Assembly: GCA_021851875.1 (NCBI GenBank)
Contig: JAJZQI010000005.1
Coordinates: forward strand, 399-64,398
Reading direction: 5' to 3'
From: Pseudomonadota bacterium
GTDB taxonomy: Bacteria; Pseudomonadota; Gammaproteobacteria; Burkholderiales; JAJZQI01
Length of the DNA: 64,000 nucleotides
The translations under genes and the position numbers were made by a program. Shown piece after piece: positions 16,176 to 24,990 of this stretch. Each line of letters opens with the position of its first letter. The stretch's first letter is position 1. The notes beneath the pieces are model-generated. The model had not been told where the DNA came from and made no database searches. It worked only from the letters and a program-made list of their open reading frames with translations.

Positions 16176-18143
16176 TTACTCGCTGGCCTCAGCATCCGGG
16201 AGCGTTTCTGCTTGCGCCTCCTGTACCGCTACCTGCAGCATCACCGGCAGCCAACCCGTGCCCACCGCCAGCCGTTCCGCTTCGCTGGCCAGGTCGTTCT
16301 TCTTGAGCTTGGCGAGCCGCGCCGCGTGCTCCGGTGCGAACACCTTCACTGCCTCGATGGCTTTGGCCTTCGACACATGGGCGAAATAGCCTTCGGCGGT
16401 CGGTGTCCACCACGGGTGCATGTCGAGGCCCACCGCCTGCGCCAGTGCGGTGGCAGGCAATGTGTCTTCGCGCGGCGTGACCGCGCCCACCGTCGTAGCC
16501 ACGCACACCGCCAGCAGCGACAGTAGTTCCTGTTGGGGCAACGCCAGCAGCTCCGCGAACAGTGCGTCCGGATCACTGGGTAGCCGCGCTGCCCACGCCT
16601 GCCGCACTTCTCGCAGGCTGATCAGGGCGGGCGACTGCGCCACGTCCGGCGCAAACGCATCCAGTCCATCCTGCGGCGAAGCGCTGATGTTGATCGGCGA
16701 ATCGTCCGAACGGTAGCCATCGAACACCACGCGCAGCGCGAGGCGATGCACCACAGCCACCAGCGCCACTTGCGGGTGGCGGGCGACCTCCGCTTGCAGC
16801 GCTGCCGTGCGATGTGCGCTCAAGCGCCGCGCCAACTTCTCGGAAATGTTCGGCGTGGTCGGTTGCTGTGCCTCGCCTTCGCCAGCACCACCCTGCATGC
16901 CTTGCCGTTCCCGCGCCCGCAATGCCTTGGCCTCGGCCTCGCGCAGCAGGCCGCGATGGATGGTGACTTCGCCCGCGTGATCGACGGTCACGATAACCCC
17001 GGCCATCGCCAGAGTGTCTGACGCAAACACCAGCAGCGCCCGCTCTATGCCGTCGAGTTCCGCGCTCAACTTGTCACTTTCCTCGTAGAGGGCCGATGCT
17101 TCCTCTTCCATAATATCCTCGGCATCGTCGGCATTCAGTCTGTCTTCGATGGCCTGTTGCCGCGCTTGCAGCCGCGCAATGCGCTTGGCCTCGGTCTTGT
17201 TTGGCGTGCGCCGGTCACGTCGGGCGCGCTGGAACCCATGCAGTTCCGCCGACGTGATGCGCGGCACCGCTTCAACCCATGCCCAGCCTTCCGCTCGGAC
17301 ACTGTCAGCAATGGTGGCGAGCTTGTCTCGCGCAAGATTGTCTAGCAAAGACGCATCGGTCAGGAACACCCCCCGTCTATCGTCCGAGAACAGATCGCGC
17401 CGCGCGCCACCGCCGGCGGCCTCGTAAGCGTCGATACCAATAAAACGTGCCAACGAATCGCGCGTGGCGTCGATCTCGCGTTCGGTCAGGTGCTCGCGCA
17501 AGGCCTGCGGGCTGCGCTGCCACTGCGGCGCATCATAGAACGCCGCCTCCTGCGCTGCATGGTCATCAGTGATGGCGAGCGCCATCAACTGGTCAAGCGT
17601 GACAGCATCGGCGCGATAGTCGGCCAGCAGGCGCGGCGAAACATTCGCCAGCTTCAAGCGTCGCTGTACCACCAAGGGTGTCACGCCGAAATCGGCGGCG
17701 ATGTCCTCGATGGGCCGACCTTCGGCCACCAGGGCAGCGAACGCCTCGAACTGCTCGGCGGGGTGCATGGCTTCGCGCTGCACGTTCTCGGTCAGGCTCA
17801 CGGTGCGCGCCGCCGCATCCGGTATCAGCAGGCAAGGCACGTCATAGGTTTTGGCCAGCTTGTGCCGCTTCGCCAGCAGCTTCAACGCGGCCAGCCGCCG
17901 CTTGCCTGCGACGACTTCGTAATGCTCGCCGTCGCACGATGCGGTGACGGTGAGGTTTTGCAGCAGACCGACGCGGGCGATGCTCGACGCCAGTTCGGAA
18001 ATCGACGCGCCGCCGCTCTTGCGCACGTTGCGGCTGGAAGGCCGCAACTGCGATAGAGGAATCAATAGCAGGTCGTGTGCTGCAACGGTAGCGGCGGTGA
18101 CTGCTTGCAATGCCTGAGTTTCTTGATAGGTAACGGTGTTCAT
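16176..18143 (-). CDS. Large ParB-like N-terminal-domain protein (ParB/Spo0J/nuclease superfamily) typical of ICE maintenance modules
   Basis: Start at MNTVTYQETQAL. The ParB box is LIPLSQLRPSSRNVRKSGG...ELASSIARVGLLQNLTV...YEVVAGKRRLAALKLL. 655 aa. Confidence 0.8.
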   Translation of the reverse strand: MNTVTYQETQALQAVTAATVAAHDLLLIPLSQLRPSSRNVRKSGGASISELASSIARVGLLQNLTVTASCDGEHYEVVAGKRRLAALKLLAKRHKLAKTYDVPCLLIPDAAARTVSLTENVQREAMHPAEQFEAFAALVAEGRPIEDIAADFGVTPLVVQRRLKLANVSPRLLADYRADAVTLDQLMALAITDDHAAQEAAFYDAPQWQRSPQALREHLTEREIDATRDSLARFIGIDAYEAAGGGARRDLFSDDRRGVFLTDASLLDNLARDKLATIADSVRAEGWAWVEAVPRITSAELHGFQRARRDRRTPNKTEAKRIARLQARQQAIEDRLNADDAEDIMEEEASALYEESDKLSAELDGIERALLVFASDTLAMAGVIVTVDHAGEVTIHRGLLREAEAKALRARERQGMQGGAGEGEAQQPTTPNISEKLARRLSAHRTAALQAEVARHPQVALVAVVHRLALRVVFDGYRSDDSPINISASPQDGLDAFAPDVAQSPALISLREVRQAWAARLPSDPDALFAELLALPQQELLSLLAVCVATTVGAVTPREDTLPATALAQAVGLDMHPWWTPTAEGYFAHVSKAKAIEAVKVFAPEHAARLAKLKKNDLASEAERLAVGTGWLPVMLQVAVQEAQAETLPDAEASE

Positions 18144-18754
18144 AGTGATATCTCCTGTCAGTTGAAAAACGAAAATGGATGAAGAAAAACTCGTTGTCGA
18201 TTTCACGGTGTCGATGTCTGCATGAGCGACCCTCCTTGGTTTCAAAGCCGACCGGATTCCAAGATTCGGAGCCCGGTGTGGACTTGTGTTTGTTCGGCGC
18301 AGTGACCTGGGCGGGTCGCTGTTGCCGCCGTCTTTCCTGAGTTCATCGCCCGCGAACAACCGGGCCGGCGAGGGGCTGGCTGTCAAGGAAGAAGCGCAGG
18401 GTTGGTGCGGCCCGCAGCCGCAGGCGAGGACACGGCCCTGCGCGCCTTGACGGACAGGCACCGCTGGCTACGGTCGCGGGATTGGTGATGAAGGAGAGGG
18501 AAAGACGGATGACCGGCCTACGGCCAGAGATGCGCCGGACAAACGCCGCACGGCGAGCGCCACTACGTGCCGCAGGCACGCCTTGATGGGAGTGGACAAA
18601 GCGCGCAGCGCGACATCTGTGCCGTGCGCAGGCCGATCAGGCGAAGCCTGTTCGGCAGTCTTGGGGGCGCCAAGCCTGCGCGGCGGGGTGGGCGTCAGCC
18701 GACCCCTGGAGGCAAGCGCAGCGCGCAGCATTTTCGCCAAACCAAGGACACAGC

Positions 18755-18775
18755 AAAAAGGGGGCAAAGCCCCCT
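18755..18775 (-). terminator. Probable rho-independent terminator after radC
   Basis: The minus strand reads GGGGGCTTTGCCCCCTTTTT immediately after the radC stop. Confidence 0.5.
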
Positions 18776-18779
18776 CGGG

Positions 18780-19286
18780 CTACAACAGCCCGCGTTCGGC
18801 AAAACTCAGGATGGTGCTGCCGGCAACGATCAGGTGATCCAGCACCCGCACGTCCACCAGCGCCAGCGCCGATTTCAGCGTCTGCGTCAGCATCTCGTCG
18901 GCGCGCGAGGGTTCCGCCACACCCGACGGGTGGTTGTGCACCAGCAGCAGCGCAGCGCTGTTCCTGGCCAACGCCTCCTTGACCACCTCGCGCGGATACA
19001 CCGATGTCTGGCTCACCGTGCCGCGGAACATCTCGACGTATTCGATGACGCGGTTCTGTGCATCCAGGTGGATGACGGCGAACACCTCGTGCTCCAGCGC
19101 CCCCAGCTTGACCCGCAGGAAGTCGCGCACCACCTGCGGCGAGGTCAGGGCTTCGCAGCCACGCATCTGTTCTGCGAGAACACGCCGCGCAGCCCGCAAC
19201 ACCTCGTCGGCATTGGCCAGACGGTAGTCGCCCATGACATCGCGAACGAGAAGGGAAGAATCGAGAGAAAGAGAAAGTTGCGACAT
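18780..19286 (-). CDS. radC: RadC-like JAB/MPN domain protein
   Basis: Start at MSQLSLSLDS. The JAMM motif is LLLVHNHPSGVAEPSRAD. 168 aa. Confidence 0.85.
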   Translation of the reverse strand: MSQLSLSLDSSLLVRDVMGDYRLANADEVLRAARRVLAEQMRGCEALTSPQVVRDFLRVKLGALEHEVFAVIHLDAQNRVIEYVEMFRGTVSQTSVYPREVVKEALARNSAALLLVHNHPSGVAEPSRADEMLTQTLKSALALVDVRVLDHLIVAGSTILSFAERGLL

Positions 19287-19308
19287 GATCGTGCTCCAGT
19301 CCGAATCG

Positions 19309-19462
19309 GGCGGAATTGCCCGGAACCGGAGGAACACGGCGCAGCGCAGCAGTCAGGGGTCGCGGACGGCCGCGAGGACGCAAGCGTGCAAGGCACGCGC
19401 AGCCCTTGACGGCGAGAACGACGTGGTACGTTGAAGGGAACAGCAAGGCCGCTCCTCCACAC
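19309..19462 (-). repeat. Conserved leader element, copy B (upstream of radC); candidate structured 5' UTR (radC-motif-like)
   Basis: Aligns with 14723-14876 (see copy A). Begins about 23 nt upstream of the radC start. Weaker similarity continues to about 19545 (GGCGTCAGGGATCAAAGCCGCATGG versus GGCGTCAGCGATGGAAGCCGGGATGG). Confidence 0.6.
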
Positions 19463-19731
19463 ACACTCCATTACATCAATGGCAAGCATAGCGCGCAGGC
19501 CCGGTGGGCCGGAGGCGTCAGGGATCAAAGCCGCATGGCCGCGACTCGGCACGAGGCGCGGGGTACCGCCCGCGAGCCCGACGGCGGCAACGCCGTGACG
19601 CCCGATTTCTCTGACCGGCCTGCACCTAGGGATTTTTCAGACCTTCTAAGTCATACGCAAAAACCTTGGTTATTTATCGAAGTTTGCATATGAACTGGGT
19701 ATCTGCTGCGCGTAGCTCAGGCGAGCTAGCG

Positions 19732-21471
19732 TTACAGACGATGACCGTTCAACAAGTCCGATGGCCTGAACATGTCGGTCAGCATTAGCACATGGTGCCG
19801 CGCCCGCGTGATGCCCACTCGAATCAGTCTGCGACACCGGGGGTACGGTGCGTCCTCGCGGCAGAAGATCAAAGGGCTGCTGTTTGGGTCGTCGAAGATG
19901 ATCACGGCATCGAACTCTTTGCCTTTGGATTTGTGCACCGTCATCACATGAATGCCGTGCAGATCATTTCCGCCAGAAAGCAGTTGGTCCTCCGCCAGCG
20001 CGGCATCCAGGACGACCCGCGCGTTGTGGTAGCTTCCATGCGTTTGCCACACGTCGGCAAAACTGCTGGCGATACGCTGGCCACGCTGGAACGCCACCAA
20101 CTGCTCGGCATCCTTGGCGATGTTTTCGAGTGGGTTGGCGCCAGCCTCACGCAGTATGCGCCGCGCTTCGATCCAGTCGCGTTTCGGCTCGCCAGAGAAT
20201 GCATGGGCACGTAGCGTGCGTAATGCAGCAAGTAGTTTCGCCGCGATGCCGTTGGCGCGTGGCGCCGTACCTGCACGGCTTTGCGTGGCGCTCAATGCTA
20301 GACGCTGAGCTTGGGTCAGATTGCCATTGCCGCCACGAGCACGAAAGACCGCTGCAGCAAGTTCCAGCGCCTCGGCGAGATCGAGCAGTTCAGTGGCTTG
20401 CGGCTGGCGAGGCTCCATGAGAAATGCAATCATCCGGCTCGACAACAGCACAGATGCCTCATCGATCATAACGCGGTGCGGGATGGTCTTGTTCGTGCCG
20501 TCCCCAGCCAGGGCGCGCGAGATGATATTGACGCCGCGCCCCCAAGTTGCCAGCACCGCCAGGCTCTCGATGTCATGCGGTGCGGCAGCTGCTTTGACGT
20601 TTCGGATTGCAACGCCGACAGCTGAGCGAATCGTTGCGTCGCGCATGTCGGCATTGGCGCGGAAGTTCAAGCGCGAGACTCCTTGATAGGCCGCACCCCG
20701 CGGTGTTCCCAGCAGCATGTCGTTGGCAAACGCAACGATCTCGGAGTTGGGGCTGCGGTGGTTCTGTCCTTGTAGATCGACCCGTAGCGGCTGCAACGCC
20801 TCCATGATGTGCGTGACCCGTTCTGAACTCACCCCAGGCCGGAAGTCGTAGATTTGCTGATCGAGATCGGCCAAGCATAGCAACTGCGTGCCATCGGACA
20901 GCAGGCGCACGCATTGCCATTGATCATCGGCCGTGTCCTGTGCTTCATCCACCACGATCATCGGATGGCGACCAGAGAACAGCGTGCGCAATCGCGCACT
21001 CCCGGTCAACAAGGCATGTGCTTTAGCCGAGAACAGATCGAAGGCCACCAAGCCTTCTTCGCGAAACAGACGGTCACGTTCCGCTTCCCAGTCAAGCCCC
21101 AGGCTCTCGAAAGGATGACGCAGGGCGGCCTCATCATGGGGAAGTAGCAGGCGTAGGCGCTTTGGGGCGCCCAGCAGATAGCCGTAGGCCTTCAGAATCT
21201 CCCAGAAGAATGAGTGGAAGGTTTGAATCGAGAGTTTGCTCTGCAGGGCCTTGGGCAACTGCATCTTGCTGGCTTCGACGACACGGGCAACCGCCGCCCG
21301 CGAGAAACTCAGGAACAGAACCGTCTCTCCGGGTGACAGACCTGCTTCAATGACCCGCTGCGCTTTCGCCAAGGCAATCGTCGTCTTGCCGCTACCTGGG
21401 CCACCGGTCACTAAGATCGGGCCTGTCGCGTCGAGGACGCTCTGTCGCTGCGGACAGATCAGCAGCGACAA
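19732..21471 (-). CDS. gajB: UvrD/PcrA/Rep-like superfamily-1 helicase, GajB-like
   Basis: 579 aa. Walker A is VTGGPGSGKTT and Walker B/DExx is MIVVDEAQD. Late helicase motifs are VMTVHKSKGKEFDAVIIF and VGITRARHHVLML. Lies 3 nt downstream of the OLD-family gene. Confidence 0.75.
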   Translation of the reverse strand: MSLLICPQRQSVLDATGPILVTGGPGSGKTTIALAKAQRVIEAGLSPGETVLFLSFSRAAVARVVEASKMQLPKALQSKLSIQTFHSFFWEILKAYGYLLGAPKRLRLLLPHDEAALRHPFESLGLDWEAERDRLFREEGLVAFDLFSAKAHALLTGSARLRTLFSGRHPMIVVDEAQDTADDQWQCVRLLSDGTQLLCLADLDQQIYDFRPGVSSERVTHIMEALQPLRVDLQGQNHRSPNSEIVAFANDMLLGTPRGAAYQGVSRLNFRANADMRDATIRSAVGVAIRNVKAAAAPHDIESLAVLATWGRGVNIISRALAGDGTNKTIPHRVMIDEASVLLSSRMIAFLMEPRQPQATELLDLAEALELAAAVFRARGGNGNLTQAQRLALSATQSRAGTAPRANGIAAKLLAALRTLRAHAFSGEPKRDWIEARRILREAGANPLENIAKDAEQLVAFQRGQRIASSFADVWQTHGSYHNARVVLDAALAEDQLLSGGNDLHGIHVMTVHKSKGKEFDAVIIFDDPNSSPLIFCREDAPYPRCRRLIRVGITRARHHVLMLTDMFRPSDLLNGHRL

Positions 21472-21474
21472 GGA

Positions 21475-23301
21475 TTATGCTCCCGCTGCAACATTGGCAT
21501 CTGCCGGAACAGCCGCAGGATCAGCAGCGACTGGGGCGACTTCGGGCAGCTTTCTCGCCGGTTTGGGATAGCGCTGGTAGATTTCGGTGAGGAACGCCGT
21601 GATCGTCGGCGGCAGTTCTCCGACAGCGCACAGATCGAGGAGTCGCGCCGCGCCACCTTCGCCCTTCAGGCCTTTGAGCGTCGAAACGACCAAGGCGCGC
21701 AAGGTATCATCCGCCGGGCGTGCAGCCGGAATCCCGAAGCGGCCCTCGCTGTCCTCGTTGCGCAGCAACTCCAGGTACTGCCATTGGCGATCCAGTGGAG
21801 TCTCTTCGGCCATCAACATCTCGGCACCCTTCTGGGAAATCTCCTTGGCGATGGTATAGCTGCCCTGTAAGGCAGCGATATCTGCGTCAGTGCGCTTCTT
21901 GCGATCGAAGAATGCAAAGGCTGGAATATCGATCTTCTTGAAGAAGGCCCCCAGCTTTTCAAGATTGCCGTCGCCATCGGCATTGATTACGCTGATACCA
22001 GCGACATCTAATGGGAAGAGGTCGGGGTTGTACTCCTCCATCTTCTGTGTGACGACCAGCAGCGCATCCTGCTCGGTGATGCCTTCTCCGACGATCACGC
22101 CGCGGCCGAGCATGGCTTCAGCAATCGCGCGGCGAAAATTCTGGCGATAGTTCTTTGCCTTCATGCCAGCCGGCAGCTTGATTGCGGTGCCGGACAGTTC
22201 GCCCTGCTCATTGCGGTTGAGCTTGACGATGCCATCCGGCTCAAAGCGCTCGATCACATATGGTGAATGCGAAGTGACGAAGCATTGTGAGGTCTCTTCG
22301 AGCAGGTAGTTGGCGATACGACGCTGTGTATGTGGCGGCAGTGCAATCTCCGGCTCCTCCATCGCGAAGATCACGTTGTCCTTCTTGAGGTCTGCAATGA
22401 AGGTCAACAGCGCCAGCACCAGGGTGTTGAGCGTTCCCGTACCGGCCTGCTGAAACGGCACGGCTGCTTCGCCCTGGCCCATCGTCAGGAAAAATGCGAT
22501 GGTCTTGCGCATGTGCTCGCGTGTGAGTTGCGAGACGAACAGGCGCGTCGAACGGCCTTCACCGCCCGGTGCGATGTACTCGGCGAGCCGTGCTTCAATC
22601 TCATCAAGAACGGGTCCCAGTTCCGTCGCGTCGGCATCGATCGGCGGATCAAGCGCGGCAAGGCGAGTGCGTATGTTCTCCCACATGCCCTTGCGGGCCT
22701 CTTTCATGCGCAAGATGTTGTCGAGCAAGGTGCCTCGCTCCAGACTCAAGGCTCGTGAGCCCGTGCGAATGGTGCGCAAGTAGAGGAAGCCAATCGCCCG
22801 CTTGACACGAATCGGGATGGCCTTGGGCTCTTCGTCCGGTTCTTCGTTGGTGCGGCCATAGACTGTGCGCGCGACGAACTGATCCTCGTCAATGTCATAG
22901 CGCGCGATGGTGACTAAACGTAGGCATAACTCGACATTCGGATTGTCGGCTTCAGCAATCTCCCCCTCGGCTAGCAGGCGCTTTTCCGTCTTGTGCCAGA
23001 ACTCCAGATTGGCAGCACACAAAGATTTGATAGTGTCGGTGAGTTCGATCAGGACGGCCTCGATGCGGAGGGGGGCGGCTGTCTCGCCATCTGCAGCTAG
23101 GTAGTTGGCATTGCGAAAATCGAATTCCTCGACGGGTGGCGTGCGATTCAGACGGTCCGGCCCAAGAACAAGGTCAAGGGCTTCGCAAATCGTGCTCTTG
23201 CCAACGTTATTGCCGCCGATCAGGAGGGTGTGTCCCGTGAACTGCAGTTCGGCTTTAGCGATGCTGCGGAAATTTTCGATAGACAGCCGCGATACACGCA
23301 T
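21475..23301 (-). CDS. gajA: OLD-family ATPase/TOPRIM nuclease, GajA-like (class 2 OLD)
   Basis: Start at MRVSRLSIENFRSI with a GGAGAGA SD. Walker A is IGGNNVGKST. ABC-like signature region, then Walker B VIFAMEEPE. C-terminal TOPRIM-like VIVGEGITE ... VINADGDGN. 608 aa. Confidence 0.75.
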   Translation of the reverse strand: MRVSRLSIENFRSIAKAELQFTGHTLLIGGNNVGKSTICEALDLVLGPDRLNRTPPVEEFDFRNANYLAADGETAAPLRIEAVLIELTDTIKSLCAANLEFWHKTEKRLLAEGEIAEADNPNVELCLRLVTIARYDIDEDQFVARTVYGRTNEEPDEEPKAIPIRVKRAIGFLYLRTIRTGSRALSLERGTLLDNILRMKEARKGMWENIRTRLAALDPPIDADATELGPVLDEIEARLAEYIAPGGEGRSTRLFVSQLTREHMRKTIAFFLTMGQGEAAVPFQQAGTGTLNTLVLALLTFIADLKKDNVIFAMEEPEIALPPHTQRRIANYLLEETSQCFVTSHSPYVIERFEPDGIVKLNRNEQGELSGTAIKLPAGMKAKNYRQNFRRAIAEAMLGRGVIVGEGITEQDALLVVTQKMEEYNPDLFPLDVAGISVINADGDGNLEKLGAFFKKIDIPAFAFFDRKKRTDADIAALQGSYTIAKEISQKGAEMLMAEETPLDRQWQYLELLRNEDSEGRFGIPAARPADDTLRALVVSTLKGLKGEGGAARLLDLCAVGELPPTITAFLTEIYQRYPKPARKLPEVAPVAADPAAVPADANVAAGA

Positions 23302-23341
23302 GGTCTCTCCCTTTCTAGTGTTGTGGCATTGCGGGCATCGG

Positions 23342-24256
23342 TTATCCCAACTGCTGCGCAAGCGCGTCGGCCTGTTCGGCGAATTTCTTGGGATTCTTCA
23401 GTTCCAGCTGTCCGAGGTTGTGGAGCTTCCAGCGGATGCCCGGCAACTGGTCAAGATGGGCAATACCGAGCAAGGACCATTCGGGTTTGTTGGCCACGAG
23501 CGAGCGGAGGAAGCGGCGCTCCTGTGCGTCCAGGCCGCTTTGGAGTTCTTGCACCATGCGTTCCCGCGTCGTTAGCAGGGCCGCCAGTTCCACGGGTTTC
23601 GTGGTCATGCCGATGAAGTTGTGTTCGTACTCTTGGACAATGTCACGCAGGGTAGGGAATAGGACCTCATGGACAGGCCGGTTGTGACTGGCCAGGTAGA
23701 CGACGAAGGCACGCCGAATGTTGGCGGTGATGCCTTCGTGCGCGAAGAGCTGCATCACATCGAACAGGTCGCGGGGATGCTGCCGGTCCATGGCTGCGAC
23801 CAGCTTGCCACCGTACACGTCCTCCAGCGATACCACCGGAATCTCCAGATCGGCCAGCAACACATCACGCGCTGTGGGAGTCAACGCCGCAGTACGAACC
23901 GGGTAGACAGTGCCGCGCATTACAAAATTGACTTCGATCTTGACCTCGATGCCATCGCGGCGCACCAGCAGTTTGGTTTCGCCGGCATCGGCTGAAGCGA
24001 TGATGTGCGTCTGAAATCCACGCGCTTGCAGGCGTTCGGCCGCGTGCCGGATGGCATCGCCGATGCGCGCCAGTGCCCGGTCGCGTGGCAGACTGTAGTC
24101 GGGAAACACCAAGTCCAGATCGACTGAGAGGCGCGGCATGTCGCGGATGAACAAATTGATCGCGGTGCCACCCTTGAGTGCGAACGTGCCATCCGCAATG
24201 ACGAGCGGGGCGACGTGGGTCAGCAGACGAGCGGTATCGAGGTATATCTGGTTCAT
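23342..24256 (-). CDS. abiEii: AbiEii/AbiGii-family nucleotidyltransferase toxin (type IV TA)
   Basis: Start at MNQIYLDTARLL. FALKGGTAINLF...LSVDLDLVF is the nucleotidyltransferase core. 304 aa. Overlaps the abiEi stop by 4 bp. Confidence 0.8.
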   Translation of the reverse strand: MNQIYLDTARLLTHVAPLVIADGTFALKGGTAINLFIRDMPRLSVDLDLVFPDYSLPRDRALARIGDAIRHAAERLQARGFQTHIIASADAGETKLLVRRDGIEVKIEVNFVMRGTVYPVRTAALTPTARDVLLADLEIPVVSLEDVYGGKLVAAMDRQHPRDLFDVMQLFAHEGITANIRRAFVVYLASHNRPVHEVLFPTLRDIVQEYEHNFIGMTTKPVELAALLTTRERMVQELQSGLDAQERRFLRSLVANKPEWSLLGIAHLDQLPGIRWKLHNLGQLELKNPKKFAEQADALAQQLG

Positions 24257-24990
24257 GGTTTGAGTATCAGCAGCCCTTCCGACGAGCGGGAAACCCAGGC
24301 GCGATCGCTGCCAGTCGGTAGATGCGCGGTATCCAGCTTGGAGGCCCAAGGCAGGGCGAGTTCCCGTCCGAGCTGCAAGCACAAACGCACCGTCTTGACG
24401 CTGTTGCAGCGCTGAAGCAAATCGCGCAGTACGTCGGCGCGCAGACTGTAGGTGCCCTCGGTGAGTTCGCGCGCTTCCTGCAGCGGCTGACGCACGCCCA
24501 CCTCGCTGAGCATTTCCAGTAGCGCCCGTTCTGGCACCGAGACCCGCGGCGCGCCGTCACGCTTCTCGAACGGCCCGGCATGAAGCGGATCGTTTGGGGG
24601 CTCATCGAACAGGCGCTTGCGGTGGTACTCCGCCGGAAAGCGCTCGGTGAACCAGTTGGGGAGGCGGGCGGTTGTCCAGCCGTAGAGATGCAGAACAGAT
24701 TGCTGCGACAGATACTGCCGCACGCCATACCAGTCGAGAGCCGACTTTCCGCCAACGTGCAGACCTATGACGGAGCGCTGCATTAGAACCAGACAGGGAC
24801 GGAGATCCAGTGTATCGTTGGGACGGCGGTACACCCCGCGCGCCAACCGGGAAAGCCAGCCGGCGCGCGCGTAGTGGACAGCCAGGTCTGCGGAGACGCC
24901 CAGTGCCGCCAAGTCATCCGACGTCAAAGGAGTTCCTGGTGCCCACTGCCGGTAGAGGGAATTTAGCTTGCTTCTTTCAGTCGTAGCCAT
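24253..24990 (-). CDS. abiEi: AbiEi-family antitoxin/transcriptional regulator
   Basis: 245 aa. N-terminal winged-HTH-like LTSDDLAALGVSADLAVHYARAGWLSRLARGVYRR and a C-terminal AbiEi_3/4-like region. Classic antitoxin-then-toxin order. Confidence 0.75.
   Translation of the reverse strand: MATTERSKLNSLYRQWAPGTPLTSDDLAALGVSADLAVHYARAGWLSRLARGVYRRPNDTLDLRPCLVLMQRSVIGLHVGGKSALDWYGVRQYLSQQSVLHLYGWTTARLPNWFTERFPAEYHRKRLFDEPPNDPLHAGPFEKRDGAPRVSVPERALLEMLSEVGVRQPLQEARELTEGTYSLRADVLRDLLQRCNSVKTVRLCLQLGRELALPWASKLDTAHLPTGSDRAWVSRSSEGLLILKP

Noticed and set aside
18567-19464. 280-aa plus-strand and 275-aa minus-strand ORFs covering radC and its leader
   Set aside because: They are GC-driven open frames. 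The RadC frame contains the HNHPSG JAMM motif, while the other frames give repetitive Arg/Gly/Ala sequence.
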